Part shown: positions 25,859-34,906 of the stretch, piece by piece
Numbering within the stretch: position 1 is the stretch's first letter
Layout of the letters: each line of letters opens with the position of its first letter
Source: a virus
Virus genome (UHGV): UHGV-0393368
Length of the DNA: 41,915 nucleotides
Reading direction: 5' to 3' (one strand)
Program-made: the position numbers and the translations under genes
Notes under the pieces: generated by a model
The model's database searches: none
Told to the model about the DNA's origin: nothing
The model's input: only the letters and a program-made list of their open reading frames with translations

Positions 25859-26475
25859 TATTTATCTCCTTCAAATAAATGCATGTTTTGAGCTATGGCG
25901 GTGCGGCGTTCCCCCCGGTCCTTAATAGCCATAATCTCATCTTTACTCATGGTGCCAGAACTATTCGTTTTTTTAGGTGCAGTAAACCTCGCCATGTTCT
26001 GCTGTACCTGCTGCTGTGCACCATCAACAAAAGCCGAAGCATCTTTTTCTTTCATTTGAGACAAAAGGTCATTCAGCCCCAGAATTTTACCATCTTTCAG
26101 TTTTAAACCGGCCTCTTTTACTTCTGCCATAATTGCCCGCTTTGCTGCCTCACTGGAAAATTTAATCCCTTCAAATTCTGTCTTAAGCGCATCCGCGAAA
26201 TCACGTTCATAAAGCTGTGCCTGGGCGTTCTTTTCGGCTTCTGTAGCTTTTTGTTTCCAGTCAGACAGTTCTTTCTGCATCGTCTCCAGGTCAACCCCTT
26301 CAAAGCCTTTCAGCGTTGTTTCTGCTGCTTCTGCTTTTTCTTTCCAGGTATCCCGTTCGGATGTAAGATTGTCATTTTCTTTCTGCAACTTTTTAAGGTC
26401 TTTTCCATTTTCAGCCATGACAAAAGATATCTGTTCCTCTGTTAATCCCTGTGCTTTTAATTCTTCGGTTTTCAT
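25858..26475 (-). CDS. Scaffolding protein.
   Basis: 205 aa, highly charged coiled-coil (KEKAEAAETTLKG...), immediately upstream of the capsid gene. Confidence 0.6.
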   Translation of the reverse strand: MKTEELKAQGLTEEQISFVMAENGKDLKKLQKENDNLTSERDTWKEKAEAAETTLKGFEGVDLETMQKELSDWKQKATEAEKNAQAQLYERDFADALKTEFEGIKFSSEAAKRAIMAEVKEAGLKLKDGKILGLNDLLSQMKEKDASAFVDGAQQQVQQNMARFTAPKKTNSSGTMSKDEIMAIKDRGERRTAIAQNMHLFEGDK

Positions 26476-26737
26476 TGATGATTCTCCTTTTCCGTTATTA
26501 GGTTATTTGTAGGTGTGTAACCGTCCACCAACGGTTTGCCATTTTGTAGGACTTGGCGTGTCCCGAAACGCACATGCCGGAAATTGCATCCGCTTTTCAA
26601 CCTCCAGGCCGTTTATGCTATGCATTAGGACCCGTTTCTATTAAGGACATGTGCAGTTGGAGGAGGTTCAAATACTAGAAAGAGCCACACAAACTACATT
26701 CTTGTAATCTGTATGGCTCTGCGACTGGCGACTGGCT
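26476..26737 (-). other. Structured GC-rich 260-nt noncoding spacer inside the late operon. Possible cis-regulatory RNA, processing site or terminator-antiterminator.
   Basis: No ORF. The mRNA-sense sequence has multiple stems: GAGCCA...TGGCTC after the KTR stop, AACCTCC...GGAGGTT, and AACCGT-TGGTGG-ACGGTT. A GCCAGTCGCCAGTCGC tandem is also present. Confidence 0.3.
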
Positions 26738-26941
26738 CTAATTAATGTTTTGCATTCTTTTTATTTCACTTCCGTATATATCCATTACAATTGTATTCCT
26801 ACACTTTGGACAAAACACAGGTAAATTCTTGGCTTCGGTATCTTTTCTGATTTTTGTTCTCGTCTTATTACTGCATATGGGGCAGTATACCCAACCATCC
26901 TTGACCATGCTTTTACCCTTTCTGCTTATTCCTACTCCCAT
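26738..26941 (-). CDS. Cysteine-rich KTR zinc-ribbon protein.
   Basis: CPICSNKTRTKIRKDTEAKNLPVFCPKCRN matches the Cys_rich_KTR family signature (CxxC..KTR...CPxC). Confidence 0.6.
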   Translation of the reverse strand: MGVGISRKGKSMVKDGWVYCPICSNKTRTKIRKDTEAKNLPVFCPKCRNTIVMDIYGSEIKRMQNIN

Positions 26942-27013
26942 TTTACCTTATTCAAAAAAAATAATCGTCCCCACATTTTTTAAAGGCGGTAGGTAAAACC
27001 TACCGCCAATGTG

Positions 27014-27553
27014 TTACATCATATTGCGAAGCTTTTCAATATATCGCTTCATGGTTTCTCTTTCTTCCCGGCAGTCAGCATCTTTGGACATTTCTCCTAT
27101 TTCCTCGGTCAATTCATCCATGTGATGTTCAAGTGCCGCAAGCATACGCCGCTTGCAATCTTCATCTTTCCCACCGCTTCGATAACTCTGTTTCTGGTTC
27201 ATGTAATCGTCATAGGCTGGACCATTTGCGCGGCTGTAATGTCCTCTGACGTAATGTTTCCCACGTGTTCCACGGTACGAACTATCATTATCATATCCCT
27301 GATACATTCCATCAGCACGACTATAACGTCCGATGCTGTCACGCTTGTTGCGTGCTTCGCTGTATTCTCCACCGTCCATTTCGTCCATTACCTGATTGTA
27401 GTACTCTTTTTTGCACTTCCAGTACTCCACGTTCTCCATGTCTTTCCACATGTCAATCAGTTTGTATGCGTTTTCAAGGTTGCTGGTGTTCAGGCCCTTC
27501 TCCGCAATATTGTCCAGCTCTTCGTGGATTTTTTGCATTAATTTATAACTCAT
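27014..27553 (-). CDS. Hypothetical protein with Tyr/Arg/Gly/Ser-rich low-complexity, spore-coat-like composition.
   Basis: 179 aa. Motifs include YSRADGMYQGYDNDSSYRGTRGKHYVRGHYSRANGPAYDDY. Confidence 0.35.
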   Translation of the reverse strand: MSYKLMQKIHEELDNIAEKGLNTSNLENAYKLIDMWKDMENVEYWKCKKEYYNQVMDEMDGGEYSEARNKRDSIGRYSRADGMYQGYDNDSSYRGTRGKHYVRGHYSRANGPAYDDYMNQKQSYRSGGKDEDCKRRMLAALEHHMDELTEEIGEMSKDADCREERETMKRYIEKLRNMM

Positions 27554-27565
27554 AGCCTTACCTCC

Positions 27566-27964
27566 TTAACCTATTCTGCTAACTACAAGGTTAGCGTCTG
27601 ATACTGTCGCCGCTGCGGTTCCAACGTTTTTCACCGACAGGGTAGCACAACATGGCTTGCACACTCGTACTTCTACAGTTGCTGCTCCATTGATTGTTGC
27701 GCCGGCGGCAACCGTGTTCTGGATTCTTGCACCGGGAATGCCTTCGCCGTCCTGCTGTACTTCAAAAATAACGTCACCTGCTGCGGCTGCGGAAAAGTTT
27801 CCGTTAAATCCTACGCGGTACAGGCCAGGAAGCAAAACTACCCTACCAGAGAGTGCCTCATGCCTTATGTTTGGACAATTGCAAGAATATATCCTGTTTG
27901 CTGCAAACAGAACGCTTGCATTGACTGCAACAGTCTGTGTCCCAGCAGTTACAAAATCTGCCAT
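27566..27964 (-). CDS. C1q/TNF-like (BclA C-terminal domain-like) jelly-roll protein. Candidate fibre or decoration protein.
   Basis: 132 aa. It is Ala/Val/Gly/Thr-rich and beta-rich with a ...ANLVVSRIG C-terminus typical of BclA-C/C1q-like trimeric domains. It has no collagen repeats. Confidence 0.4.
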   Translation of the reverse strand: MADFVTAGTQTVAVNASVLFAANRIYSCNCPNIRHEALSGRVVLLPGLYRVGFNGNFSAAAAGDVIFEVQQDGEGIPGARIQNTVAAGATINGAATVEVRVCKPCCATLSVKNVGTAAATVSDANLVVSRIG

Positions 27965-28026
27965 AATAAATCCTCCTTATATGCACAGAAGGGCAAGCTT
28001 ATGCATACCCTTCCATGTGTGTAATA

Positions 28027-28266
28027 CTACTGTTCAGTAGACATGTCCTTTTCGGACAAGATACGCAATATGCGGTTGTTTTGGTCGATAATCTTTTCCA
28101 TGTATTCCTTATTCTCCTGTTGCAATGCTTCCATAATATCATTATTTGACACATCACCAACAATCAAAAGCAAATTTATCATTTGCAATGCAGTTGCATA
28201 CAGAGCAAGATTATCGTAAAACTGTTCGTTTCTCATTAGCACCCGCATCCAGTATTGTATCCACAA
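28027..28266 (-). CDS. Hypothetical small protein.
   Basis: 79 aa. It overlaps the start region of the upstream gene by 31 nt. Confidence 0.25.
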   Translation of the reverse strand: MWIQYWMRVLMRNEQFYDNLALYATALQMINLLLIVGDVSNNDIMEALQQENKEYMEKIIDQNNRILRILSEKDMSTEQ

Positions 28267-28952
28267 CCACAGTTAGAGGCATATGGATATGGCGCTGGAA
28301 CCGTATAAGCCGGTACAGGCTGCGGCTGACGAAGCTGTGCAACGATTGAGTTACCAACTGCATCAATAAATCCGTTCTGGGCAGTCTGGCTTGCCTGGAA
28401 TCTAAGGGTTTGATTCTCCGCCTGTAAGGTAGAAATCTTATCCTGAGTTAAGAAGTCAAGAATAGCTCTTGTATTGCTGTTGTTGTTGTCCAGAATATCC
28501 CTAGTTGCGGTCTGAATGGTGTTTCTGGTATCGCATGACTGTGTAGCCAGGTTATAATTTACACCATCAATTGCGCGCTGTGTCTGGCAGCAGCAATCAT
28601 GGAGCTGATAGCCCATCTGGCATAAGCTACGGTCCACTCCGCTGAAACCGCTGGTAATGGTGTTGTTCAGCGCATACGTGCTATCACAAATGCCCTGCTG
28701 AATACCCCTTATACCATTTTCGATTCCGTTGAGGGCAAATCCCTCATTGATGTCTGCACGTGTTGCTAATCCCTGCAATCCTGCACCTCCTGCTCCATTG
28801 TTTCCAAAGCCGTTTCCATTGCCCCAGCCACAGAAAACAAATAAGAACAGTATAATAATCCACCATGCGCCGCCATCTCCAAAGCCATCATTGTTGCGGT
28901 TTGTTCCTCCTGTAGCGGCGGCAATGTCTGCTAAACTATAGCCTGAATCCAT
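28236..28952 (-). CDS. Gly/Asn-rich, Cys-rich membrane protein with a YjcZ-like Gly-rich N-terminus plus TM helix and a CGCGYNTGCGC C-terminus.
   Basis: 238 aa with a TM helix AWWIIILFLFVFCGWG, a GNGNGFGNNGAGGAG tract, and DCCCQTQ and C-terminal Cys clusters. Confidence 0.4.
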   Translation of the reverse strand: MDSGYSLADIAAATGGTNRNNDGFGDGGAWWIIILFLFVFCGWGNGNGFGNNGAGGAGLQGLATRADINEGFALNGIENGIRGIQQGICDSTYALNNTITSGFSGVDRSLCQMGYQLHDCCCQTQRAIDGVNYNLATQSCDTRNTIQTATRDILDNNNSNTRAILDFLTQDKISTLQAENQTLRFQASQTAQNGFIDAVGNSIVAQLRQPQPVPAYTVPAPYPYASNCGCGYNTGCGC

Positions 28953-29006
28953 AATTGTCTACTCCTTTAAAATATATTTACAAAATCATGCGCATTGATT
29001 TATGTA

Positions 29007-29255
29007 CTATTTTTTCATGCTATTAAGCATCTGCTGAAACTGCCGGGCCATTTGTTGGGCCCGGTCTAACTGCTGCTGAGTTATCTGGCCAGACTGTAGC
29101 ATCTTCTGTACTTCTTCTTGAGGGTTTCCCCTGAAATTTTTTTTAAACTCCATGAATTTCTGTATCATTTGCATAGGGTTGTTTCCCCCACCCATTCCAG
29201 GCATTATTCCACCCATTGGAGAGCCACCACCAAGCATATTAAATAATGGATTCAT
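29007..29255 (-). CDS. Gly/Met-rich and Gln-rich small protein.
   Basis: 82 aa: MLGGGSPMGGIMPGMGGGNNPMQMIQ...QQQLDRAQQMARQFQQM. Confidence 0.3.
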   Translation of the reverse strand: MNPLFNMLGGGSPMGGIMPGMGGGNNPMQMIQKFMEFKKNFRGNPQEEVQKMLQSGQITQQQLDRAQQMARQFQQMLNSMKK

Positions 29256-29259
29256 TTAT

Positions 29260-29730
29260 CTATTTCCCCTTTCCTGTTGGTGCTGTACTGGTTTCTAAAA
29301 GTCCATATAATTCATCATATTTTGCCTTTAAATCCTGATACTCATTTCTGGTAACATACTTTTCATCCAGATTTTCAGCCGATGTAGATTCCTTTTTCCG
29401 TCCATTAACAATCTCTTTATATTCAAAAGTGCGGAGTGTTGGCATACCTGCTGCATCTGTTGTTTTAATATAAAAGTACTCATTTTCGCTATCCATCAGT
29501 AATATGGATGTGCTTGGCGCTACTAAATACGACTTTGCCCCGGCTTCACCCTGCACCCATAATATTCCCTGGTTGGTCTGCGGGACCTGTGAAACCTGCG
29601 TCTGTTGCGGCATTTGGTATGGTGCCTGTAGCTGCTGCAATCGGTCCATAGGTGGTTGCATCTGTGGCTGATAAGGATATGCGTTTGGATATGTATTCAG
29701 ATAGTTTGGATTGATAAATGGTTGCGGCAT
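29260..29730 (-). CDS. Hypothetical protein with a Pro/Gln/Tyr-rich N-terminus and a globular C-terminus.
   Basis: 156 aa. The N-terminus reads PFINPNYLNTYPNAYPYQPQMQPPMDRLQQLQAPYQMPQQTQ. Confidence 0.35.
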   Translation of the reverse strand: MPQPFINPNYLNTYPNAYPYQPQMQPPMDRLQQLQAPYQMPQQTQVSQVPQTNQGILWVQGEAGAKSYLVAPSTSILLMDSENEYFYIKTTDAAGMPTLRTFEYKEIVNGRKKESTSAENLDEKYVTRNEYQDLKAKYDELYGLLETSTAPTGKGK

Positions 29731-29781
29731 TATATCCCCTCCGTTCTTTTATAATCCAATTATCCCATAAAAAATAAGCCC

Positions 29782-29796
29782 TTGACAGGTCGTCAA
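29782..29796. promoter_or_regulatory. Palindrome TTGAC-AGGTC-GTCAA in a 92-nt intergenic gap within the late region. Candidate internal promoter or operator.
   Basis: The two arms carry -35-like hexamers on either strand. A TGTCAA / 17 nt / GATAAT arrangement is present on the minus strand upstream of gene 29260..29730. Confidence 0.25.
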
Positions 29797-29822
29797 AGAC
29801 TTATAAAAGTATCACGCAAGTA

Positions 29823-30023
29823 TCAACATAATCGGATTATTTTGTTGTTTACTTTTCTGCTCAATCTCTTTGCTGTGGATACACTTACATTCATTAATTC
29901 AGCGCAATACTCCAAAGGATAGTTCTTGGCCCGGTACTCAAACAGTGCCCGTTCTTCATCCGTAAAGTTACAATATGTACGAAAATAGTTTAGTTCTGGC
30001 ACTGTAAAGTCATATACCTTCAA
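29823..30023 (-). CDS. Sigma-70 region-4-like HTH protein, with no region 2. Candidate small transcription regulator.
   Basis: 66 aa. FTDEERALFEYRAKNYPLEYCAELMNVSVSTAKRLSRKVNNKI fits the region 4.2 pattern (L.ERE...L.y..g.s..EIAe.lg.s..TVK.R..RA..KL). Confidence 0.45.
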   Translation of the reverse strand: MKVYDFTVPELNYFRTYCNFTDEERALFEYRAKNYPLEYCAELMNVSVSTAKRLSRKVNNKIIRLC

Positions 30024-30034
30024 CGCAACGCTCC

Positions 30035-30328
30035 TTAAATACCTTCTGACAAATGCTTTATCATAGCTTCTTTGGTTTTTTTTAAACCCTCTATGTTGTT
30101 ACCGGTTATACGATTATCAATTAATGCTATCATTCCTTGGCATAAAAGAGATTGCATATCTCTTATTTCTTTGATAGATTTATAATCATTTTCCACATTT
30201 ATTTCTAATTTATCCACTCGATTTTTTAGCTTAAATGCCGGATGCAACAATTTGTATATTACGGCTCCTGCGCCTCCAAGAGTAATAAGCCAACCGCATA
30301 CAACCATAATAGAGTTTAATGTTTCCAT
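30035..30328 (-). CDS. Single-TM protein with a charged coiled-coil C-terminus, with BhlA/UviB-holin-like architecture.
   Basis: 97 aa. The TM helix is IMVVCGWLITLGGAGAVIYKLL, followed by about 65 charged residues. Confidence 0.35.
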   Translation of the reverse strand: METLNSIMVVCGWLITLGGAGAVIYKLLHPAFKLKNRVDKLEINVENDYKSIKEIRDMQSLLCQGMIALIDNRITGNNIEGLKKTKEAMIKHLSEGI

Positions 30329-30331
30329 AAA

Positions 30332-30715
30332 TTATCGCCTTTCCCAGTAGTATATTGGTATTTCTTGACCGCTGTCCCATGTGTCCCAGTAAAATCCATC
30401 CACAACCGTTACCACATGACCATCAAGCCCAAGAACAAATACTCCGTTTTGGTGGTCTGCCGAAAATTCTTCCACGGTATAATCTTCTGGATATTCGTCT
30501 GGTATAATGTTTCTCCGAAACCCGTTGCGCCTGAGATATGTCCCCCACACGCTGTTAGCTGACGGCATATCTGATTTCTCGCACGCCACCACCATAACAC
30601 CAGCAAAGACGGTTTCCCAATCCTGTCCGGTTGCTTTGCAGATTGCACGTATGGCACAGTCGCCTACACGCTGATTACGGACTGGGTTAGGGTTATATGG
30701 TTTCCATCTATTCAA
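30332..30715 (-). CDS. Hypothetical protein with papain-like Cys...His..Asp spacing. Possible thiol peptidase fold.
   Basis: 127 aa. GDCAIRAI (Cys21) ... HVVTVVDGFYWD (His100, Asp106). It is translationally coupled to the MuF-like gene by a 4-nt overlap. Confidence 0.3.
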   Translation of the reverse strand: MNRWKPYNPNPVRNQRVGDCAIRAICKATGQDWETVFAGVMVVACEKSDMPSANSVWGTYLRRNGFRRNIIPDEYPEDYTVEEFSADHQNGVFVLGLDGHVVTVVDGFYWDTWDSGQEIPIYYWERR

Positions 30716-31935
30716 ATTAATTCCCCTTTCGCATTTTGATACCGCCTTGCCGCCCCTCTGGCCTTTGCGGCCTGTTCACGGCTCCAGCGGGCAATCTGTA
30801 ACCGTTCCTGCTGGGTGCGTAAGTCATTCGCTTTGCAAAATTCGTTGTATGCTTTATTCTTCCGCTGTAACAGATACGACTTTCGGTCAAGGTCAAGCTG
30901 CATTTCAAATTTAACTGATTCGTCCTTGCATTTATCCACGGCCTCTTGCATCCCAATGACTTCGCGTTTGGTCTTTCTGATGCGCCGTTCAAGCGTTCTC
31001 TGTCGCTTCTCCAGCTGCTCAACCTTGTAGTTGTCTGCGGTCTGTATGTCTTTGTATGGATTGTTTACCCCATCCCCACTGCCAAAACTATGACGGCAGT
31101 TCCATCCGCATAATCCTTCACCCGTTCCATAGCCAGTCTGAGAAAACGGAGGAAAGTGCTTATCCTTTCCGGTCCTGCTGTAAAACTGCCCTTGCCACCA
31201 CAAATGATTTCCTGGATTCTGGCCACCATCCCCAGTTCTGGCCCCAATGTGCGCCGACACCAGTATGATATCCCAGTCCATTTCTTCCATTCGCTTAATA
31301 GAGATATCGCCTGTAGCCTGGGCTACTCCAGTACGTACTGCACGCGCTGTAGCGGTCTCTATGGTATCTTTGTGGCCCGAAGGATAATGTACTATCACTC
31401 CATCAGATACCACATTATTAACTGCCTCTTTGACGGCCTGTGTGTACGATACAGCCCCAGAAGATACAAGATGGTAAGCATTATCGCATTCGTTAATAAA
31501 TAATCTTTGAGCAGATTGCGCAGTTGTCCTAGTGTAGTTTTTCCATTCCCCTAATGTTGCCAGGTAATTGCGTTCCATCAGCCGAATAAGGGCCGGGGAT
31601 TGTGTCAGGGGCATAGGAGACAGGCCGGCGGCCTCGTATATTCTGTGGTCGTATTCCAGAGCTTTTATCCCGGCATCCTCCATAGCCGCTTTAATCTCTT
31701 TCTCCTGCCTCTTGGTATACTTGGATAACTCTGCTGTTATATCCTCCAGCAGATATCCTGCATCCTGCAATACCTGTATGCGCCATCGGTCAGAGGATGT
31801 AAGCAAGTAATCATCACCGCGCCCAATACGTATCATCATGCGGTCTATTATCTGACGGATAATATATGTATGGAGTTGTGAGGCTATTTCTTCGCTTCCT
31901 TCTGCGATTCTTGCAAGGTAATCAGGGCTTAACAT
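30712..31935 (-). CDS. Minor head protein of the Mu F-like / SPP1 gp7 family.
   Basis: 407 aa with a head-morphogenesis domain. It lies immediately downstream of the portal gene. Confidence 0.7.
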   Translation of the reverse strand: MLSPDYLARIAEGSEEIASQLHTYIIRQIIDRMMIRIGRGDDYLLTSSDRWRIQVLQDAGYLLEDITAELSKYTKRQEKEIKAAMEDAGIKALEYDHRIYEAAGLSPMPLTQSPALIRLMERNYLATLGEWKNYTRTTAQSAQRLFINECDNAYHLVSSGAVSYTQAVKEAVNNVVSDGVIVHYPSGHKDTIETATARAVRTGVAQATGDISIKRMEEMDWDIILVSAHIGARTGDGGQNPGNHLWWQGQFYSRTGKDKHFPPFSQTGYGTGEGLCGWNCRHSFGSGDGVNNPYKDIQTADNYKVEQLEKRQRTLERRIRKTKREVIGMQEAVDKCKDESVKFEMQLDLDRKSYLLQRKNKAYNEFCKANDLRTQQERLQIARWSREQAAKARGAARRYQNAKGELI

Positions 31936-32041
31936 TTACCCTTCCTTCTTTCCCTTATGCTTAATCGACCATTCAAACACTTTCGGGGCAAATGGACCAA
32001 GTGGTATATTGAATACTATCCAAATTAATAAGTTTCTCAAT

Positions 32042-33475
32042 TTATTCCTCCTCAAACATCCTCGGCCCATCCTTCGGTTGTGCTTCCTGTACCATAGCCT
32101 TTGCATCTTCCTCGGATAACCCTTCAAACTTCTGGAAATACATCCAGGGTGGTACCTTCCCCTGCACAACATACTGCCACCATCTTGCTCTGTCCTCTTC
32201 ACGATTGTATGTAATGTCCCCAAAATCATATGTGATTTCGTAGTTGCCGGCGGGTGCCAGTCCGTACAGGTCAGCATATACATTGAGCGCATATATTGCG
32301 CCATCAAGGCAACTTTCCAGTTTGTCGCGCACATCCTTAATTAACTGGATAGTGCGGCGGTCATCAGCCTCTACCTGTGTGGCTGTGACCATTCCTGTTT
32401 TTTCATCAAGCACAAAGTACCCGTTGGAATATCCACACTTAAATCCAACAAACGAAAGTAGGTTGTTTATTCCAGTAATTCTGATATCAGTATTCAATGA
32501 TGGAACAATCTCCTGATAGAAAGACTCCGTTCCATTTCCAAATACATTTTTTACATAATGAGGAAGCTTTTCGTTGCTCATACCAGCATAGCGCCCCTTA
32601 ATGTTTGTACCGCTTCCAAACATTAGCTGGTCATCTGCCAATATGATTTTCTCACTGTCAAATATTTCACCCACATTCCGACTATATGCCACATCAAGGT
32701 CTTTTAATTCCTCTATAGCCTCGGCATATATTGACAATCCTAAAGGTGATGAAATATCCAAATTATTAGCCTGTGGAGTGCGTAGTATGCCAAACATGGG
32801 ACCATCGATTTTATCATTATTTGCTTTAAGTATAGGTGGTGTCTCTGGAAGTAAGTCAGACCATTTAGTCCTGTTTAATGCTATCGGGTCCCCCACACTT
32901 TTTGCAGAGCGAGACACATAAGCTCTATTGGATATGTAATATGGGTAATAGGTGTTCTCCCCATCTTTGACTTCGACAAACCGATGATACTCAAATCGGG
33001 TATAGTATTTGTCATTTTTGCTGTAGCTATCCTTGAACACGATTCCATATATACCTTCATTGTCGCAATCCGTAATGATAAAATCCATTGGTGTGAATAT
33101 GTCCAGTCCCTTACCATTTGGCTTAAGGATGATTGTGCCGTAGGCCATACCATATTCTACCCAGTGACGAATCTGGAAATATATCTTATCAATCTGCTCC
33201 TGGAGCCATGCCGCCCGCGCGCTCCCATCAACCTGTATTCCGATTGCCAGGGTAACAAGCCGGGCCGTCTCGGAGCAGATGGCCTTTGCAAAATTAATTG
33301 TCTTAACGTTATCGTCAGCATTCACCCAATAGGGAGTACCCCGGTAGATATTGGCGCACTCTGTAATCTTGCTTTCCATCTCCGGGGATACCACTGATTC
33401 AACGTTGAAATCTTCTTCTGCCTGTCGCTTGAATATCATTCCTATCACCTTTTTAGCCCATGTTATTAGTCCCAT
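32042..33475 (-). CDS. Portal protein, SPP1 Gp6-like.
   Basis: 477 aa. Position is between the terminase and the MuF-like gene, with characteristic size and composition. Confidence 0.8.
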   Translation of the reverse strand: MGLITWAKKVIGMIFKRQAEEDFNVESVVSPEMESKITECANIYRGTPYWVNADDNVKTINFAKAICSETARLVTLAIGIQVDGSARAAWLQEQIDKIYFQIRHWVEYGMAYGTIILKPNGKGLDIFTPMDFIITDCDNEGIYGIVFKDSYSKNDKYYTRFEYHRFVEVKDGENTYYPYYISNRAYVSRSAKSVGDPIALNRTKWSDLLPETPPILKANNDKIDGPMFGILRTPQANNLDISSPLGLSIYAEAIEELKDLDVAYSRNVGEIFDSEKIILADDQLMFGSGTNIKGRYAGMSNEKLPHYVKNVFGNGTESFYQEIVPSLNTDIRITGINNLLSFVGFKCGYSNGYFVLDEKTGMVTATQVEADDRRTIQLIKDVRDKLESCLDGAIYALNVYADLYGLAPAGNYEITYDFGDITYNREEDRARWWQYVVQGKVPPWMYFQKFEGLSEEDAKAMVQEAQPKDGPRMFEEE

Positions 33476-33479
33476 TTAC

Positions 33480-33668
33480 TCACCTAATTTTTTCTGCTAT
33501 TTTTTCGCCTATCAAAAACGCAAGATTAAATGTGCCAAAGATTAGAAGAAGAAATAGTGTCAACGGCCAGAAGAACAATGGAAGCAAAGAAGGCTTTCCG
33601 TTTACTTGCATGGCCCCAGAAACAATAGTGCCAATTAACAAATAAATTATAATCAATATATAAATCAT
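33480..33668 (-). CDS. Small membrane protein.
   Basis: 62 aa with two hydrophobic helices, between the terminase and the portal. Confidence 0.3.
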   Translation of the reverse strand: MIYILIIIYLLIGTIVSGAMQVNGKPSLLPLFFWPLTLFLLLIFGTFNLAFLIGEKIAEKIR

Positions 33669-34906
33669 GCGCTGTTTCCTCTCATCATTGATAGCGGGCT
33701 TGTAGCATAACGGAGAGCATCAATCCAGTGGTCATTTCCATCTGGGTAATCCGCTATTACTTCTCCGTTTCCGTCTACCTCATGCTCATACTCTATTATT
33801 TCCTTGTATGCTCGTGGCGTGCGGGCCGGGTCTATAACGATTGTACGGCACTGCAACCACTCAAAGGTATATTTCCTGCTTCCTGGTGTTACAATGGCTT
33901 TACGTGCCGGTAAACCAGCGTCACGGAAGTCTATAATGCTTTCTTCTTCATCCACACCGCAATAGATTGTATAATCATCGTACCCAGCCGTCTGTATATC
34001 CTCAGCCATCTTGCTGTTACGAATTTTACAGCCACCCATTTCATCAAGCAACACAACCAATTCTTTGTTTGGTATGTAAGCGGCCCGGATAAAGGCTTTT
34101 GGGTCCGGGAACCAGCCCCAGTCTTGCCCCTGGTATATGCTTTGGTATTTCTGAATTTCCTCGTCTGTGATTGTCCGTACATCCAGCATATCAAATATAT
34201 TTGTACCAAGTCCAACCGGCAAGCCTAAATACTCGTGGTTGTATGCCCGCTCATTGGTGGCTTTAAGATGTTCTGCGCGTTCAATAAACATTTCTCCCAG
34301 CCATTCAACCGGTACAGAACGGTAATCGCTTTTATGCCTATACGCGCTATCGTCTGGAGTATTTACATACTGATTAGCCCAGTTGCTTTGGCTGATGGGT
34401 GGGTTGAAGGATTTAAACACAACAAACTTGCTTCCACCACGCAACACTGATTGTTCAACAGTTCGTATTTCTTCCGGTCCTGCAAATTCGTCCAGTTCCT
34501 CGAACCATAGATATTTAAAGTATCCTTTACTGGCTTTTATAGATTTTGTTTTCTTTGCCTTGTCAAGTCCACGGAATATTATCTTTTGCCCTGTTGGCTT
34601 ATAAACGAATCGGTATGGGCTTGTACGTGATTCCCATAAATCAGTTACCCCTAATGCATCTATGGCCCACTGTATCTGCTCAAAGACTGATTCTCCGATG
34701 GTCACCGCATATTTACGAAACACTACCGCATTAGCCTCTGGGTCATCCATCATACCCAAAACAATCTCCACAGATATGAAAGAGGACTTCGTGGAACCTC
34801 GCCCACCGTACAGGTCATAATATGTATGATTACCTTCGAGTATATCCCAATGAACATCATAGAAAGAAGGGGCGATTACATCAGTCAGATTTATTATGTC
34901 ACTCAT
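33665..34906 (-). CDS. terL: Terminase large subunit, PBSX family.
   Basis: 413 aa. The Walker A motif is YGGRGSTKS, typical of PBSX-type headful terminases. The C-terminal half is a nuclease domain. Confidence 0.85.
   Translation of the reverse strand: MSDIINLTDVIAPSFYDVHWDILEGNHTYYDLYGGRGSTKSSFISVEIVLGMMDDPEANAVVFRKYAVTIGESVFEQIQWAIDALGVTDLWESRTSPYRFVYKPTGQKIIFRGLDKAKKTKSIKASKGYFKYLWFEELDEFAGPEEIRTVEQSVLRGGSKFVVFKSFNPPISQSNWANQYVNTPDDSAYRHKSDYRSVPVEWLGEMFIERAEHLKATNERAYNHEYLGLPVGLGTNIFDMLDVRTITDEEIQKYQSIYQGQDWGWFPDPKAFIRAAYIPNKELVVLLDEMGGCKIRNSKMAEDIQTAGYDDYTIYCGVDEEESIIDFRDAGLPARKAIVTPGSRKYTFEWLQCRTIVIDPARTPRAYKEIIEYEHEVDGNGEVIADYPDGNDHWIDALRYATSPLSMMRGNSA

Noticed and set aside
27011-27541. 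Long plus-strand ORF (176 aa). Also plus ORFs 26745..26996, 23137..23427, 19771..20247, 20269..20688, 14887..15417, 15538..15930 and others.
   Set aside because: They are fully antisense to well-supported minus-strand late genes. They lack SDs and have low-complexity, hydrophobic artefactual composition.
31936-32334. Minus ORF (132 aa) overlapping the portal gene 3' end in another frame. Also 40684..40908 overlapping gene 40709..40981.
   Set aside because: These are alternative-frame overlaps inside strong genes. The MuF-like gene starts at 31935 with its own signals.
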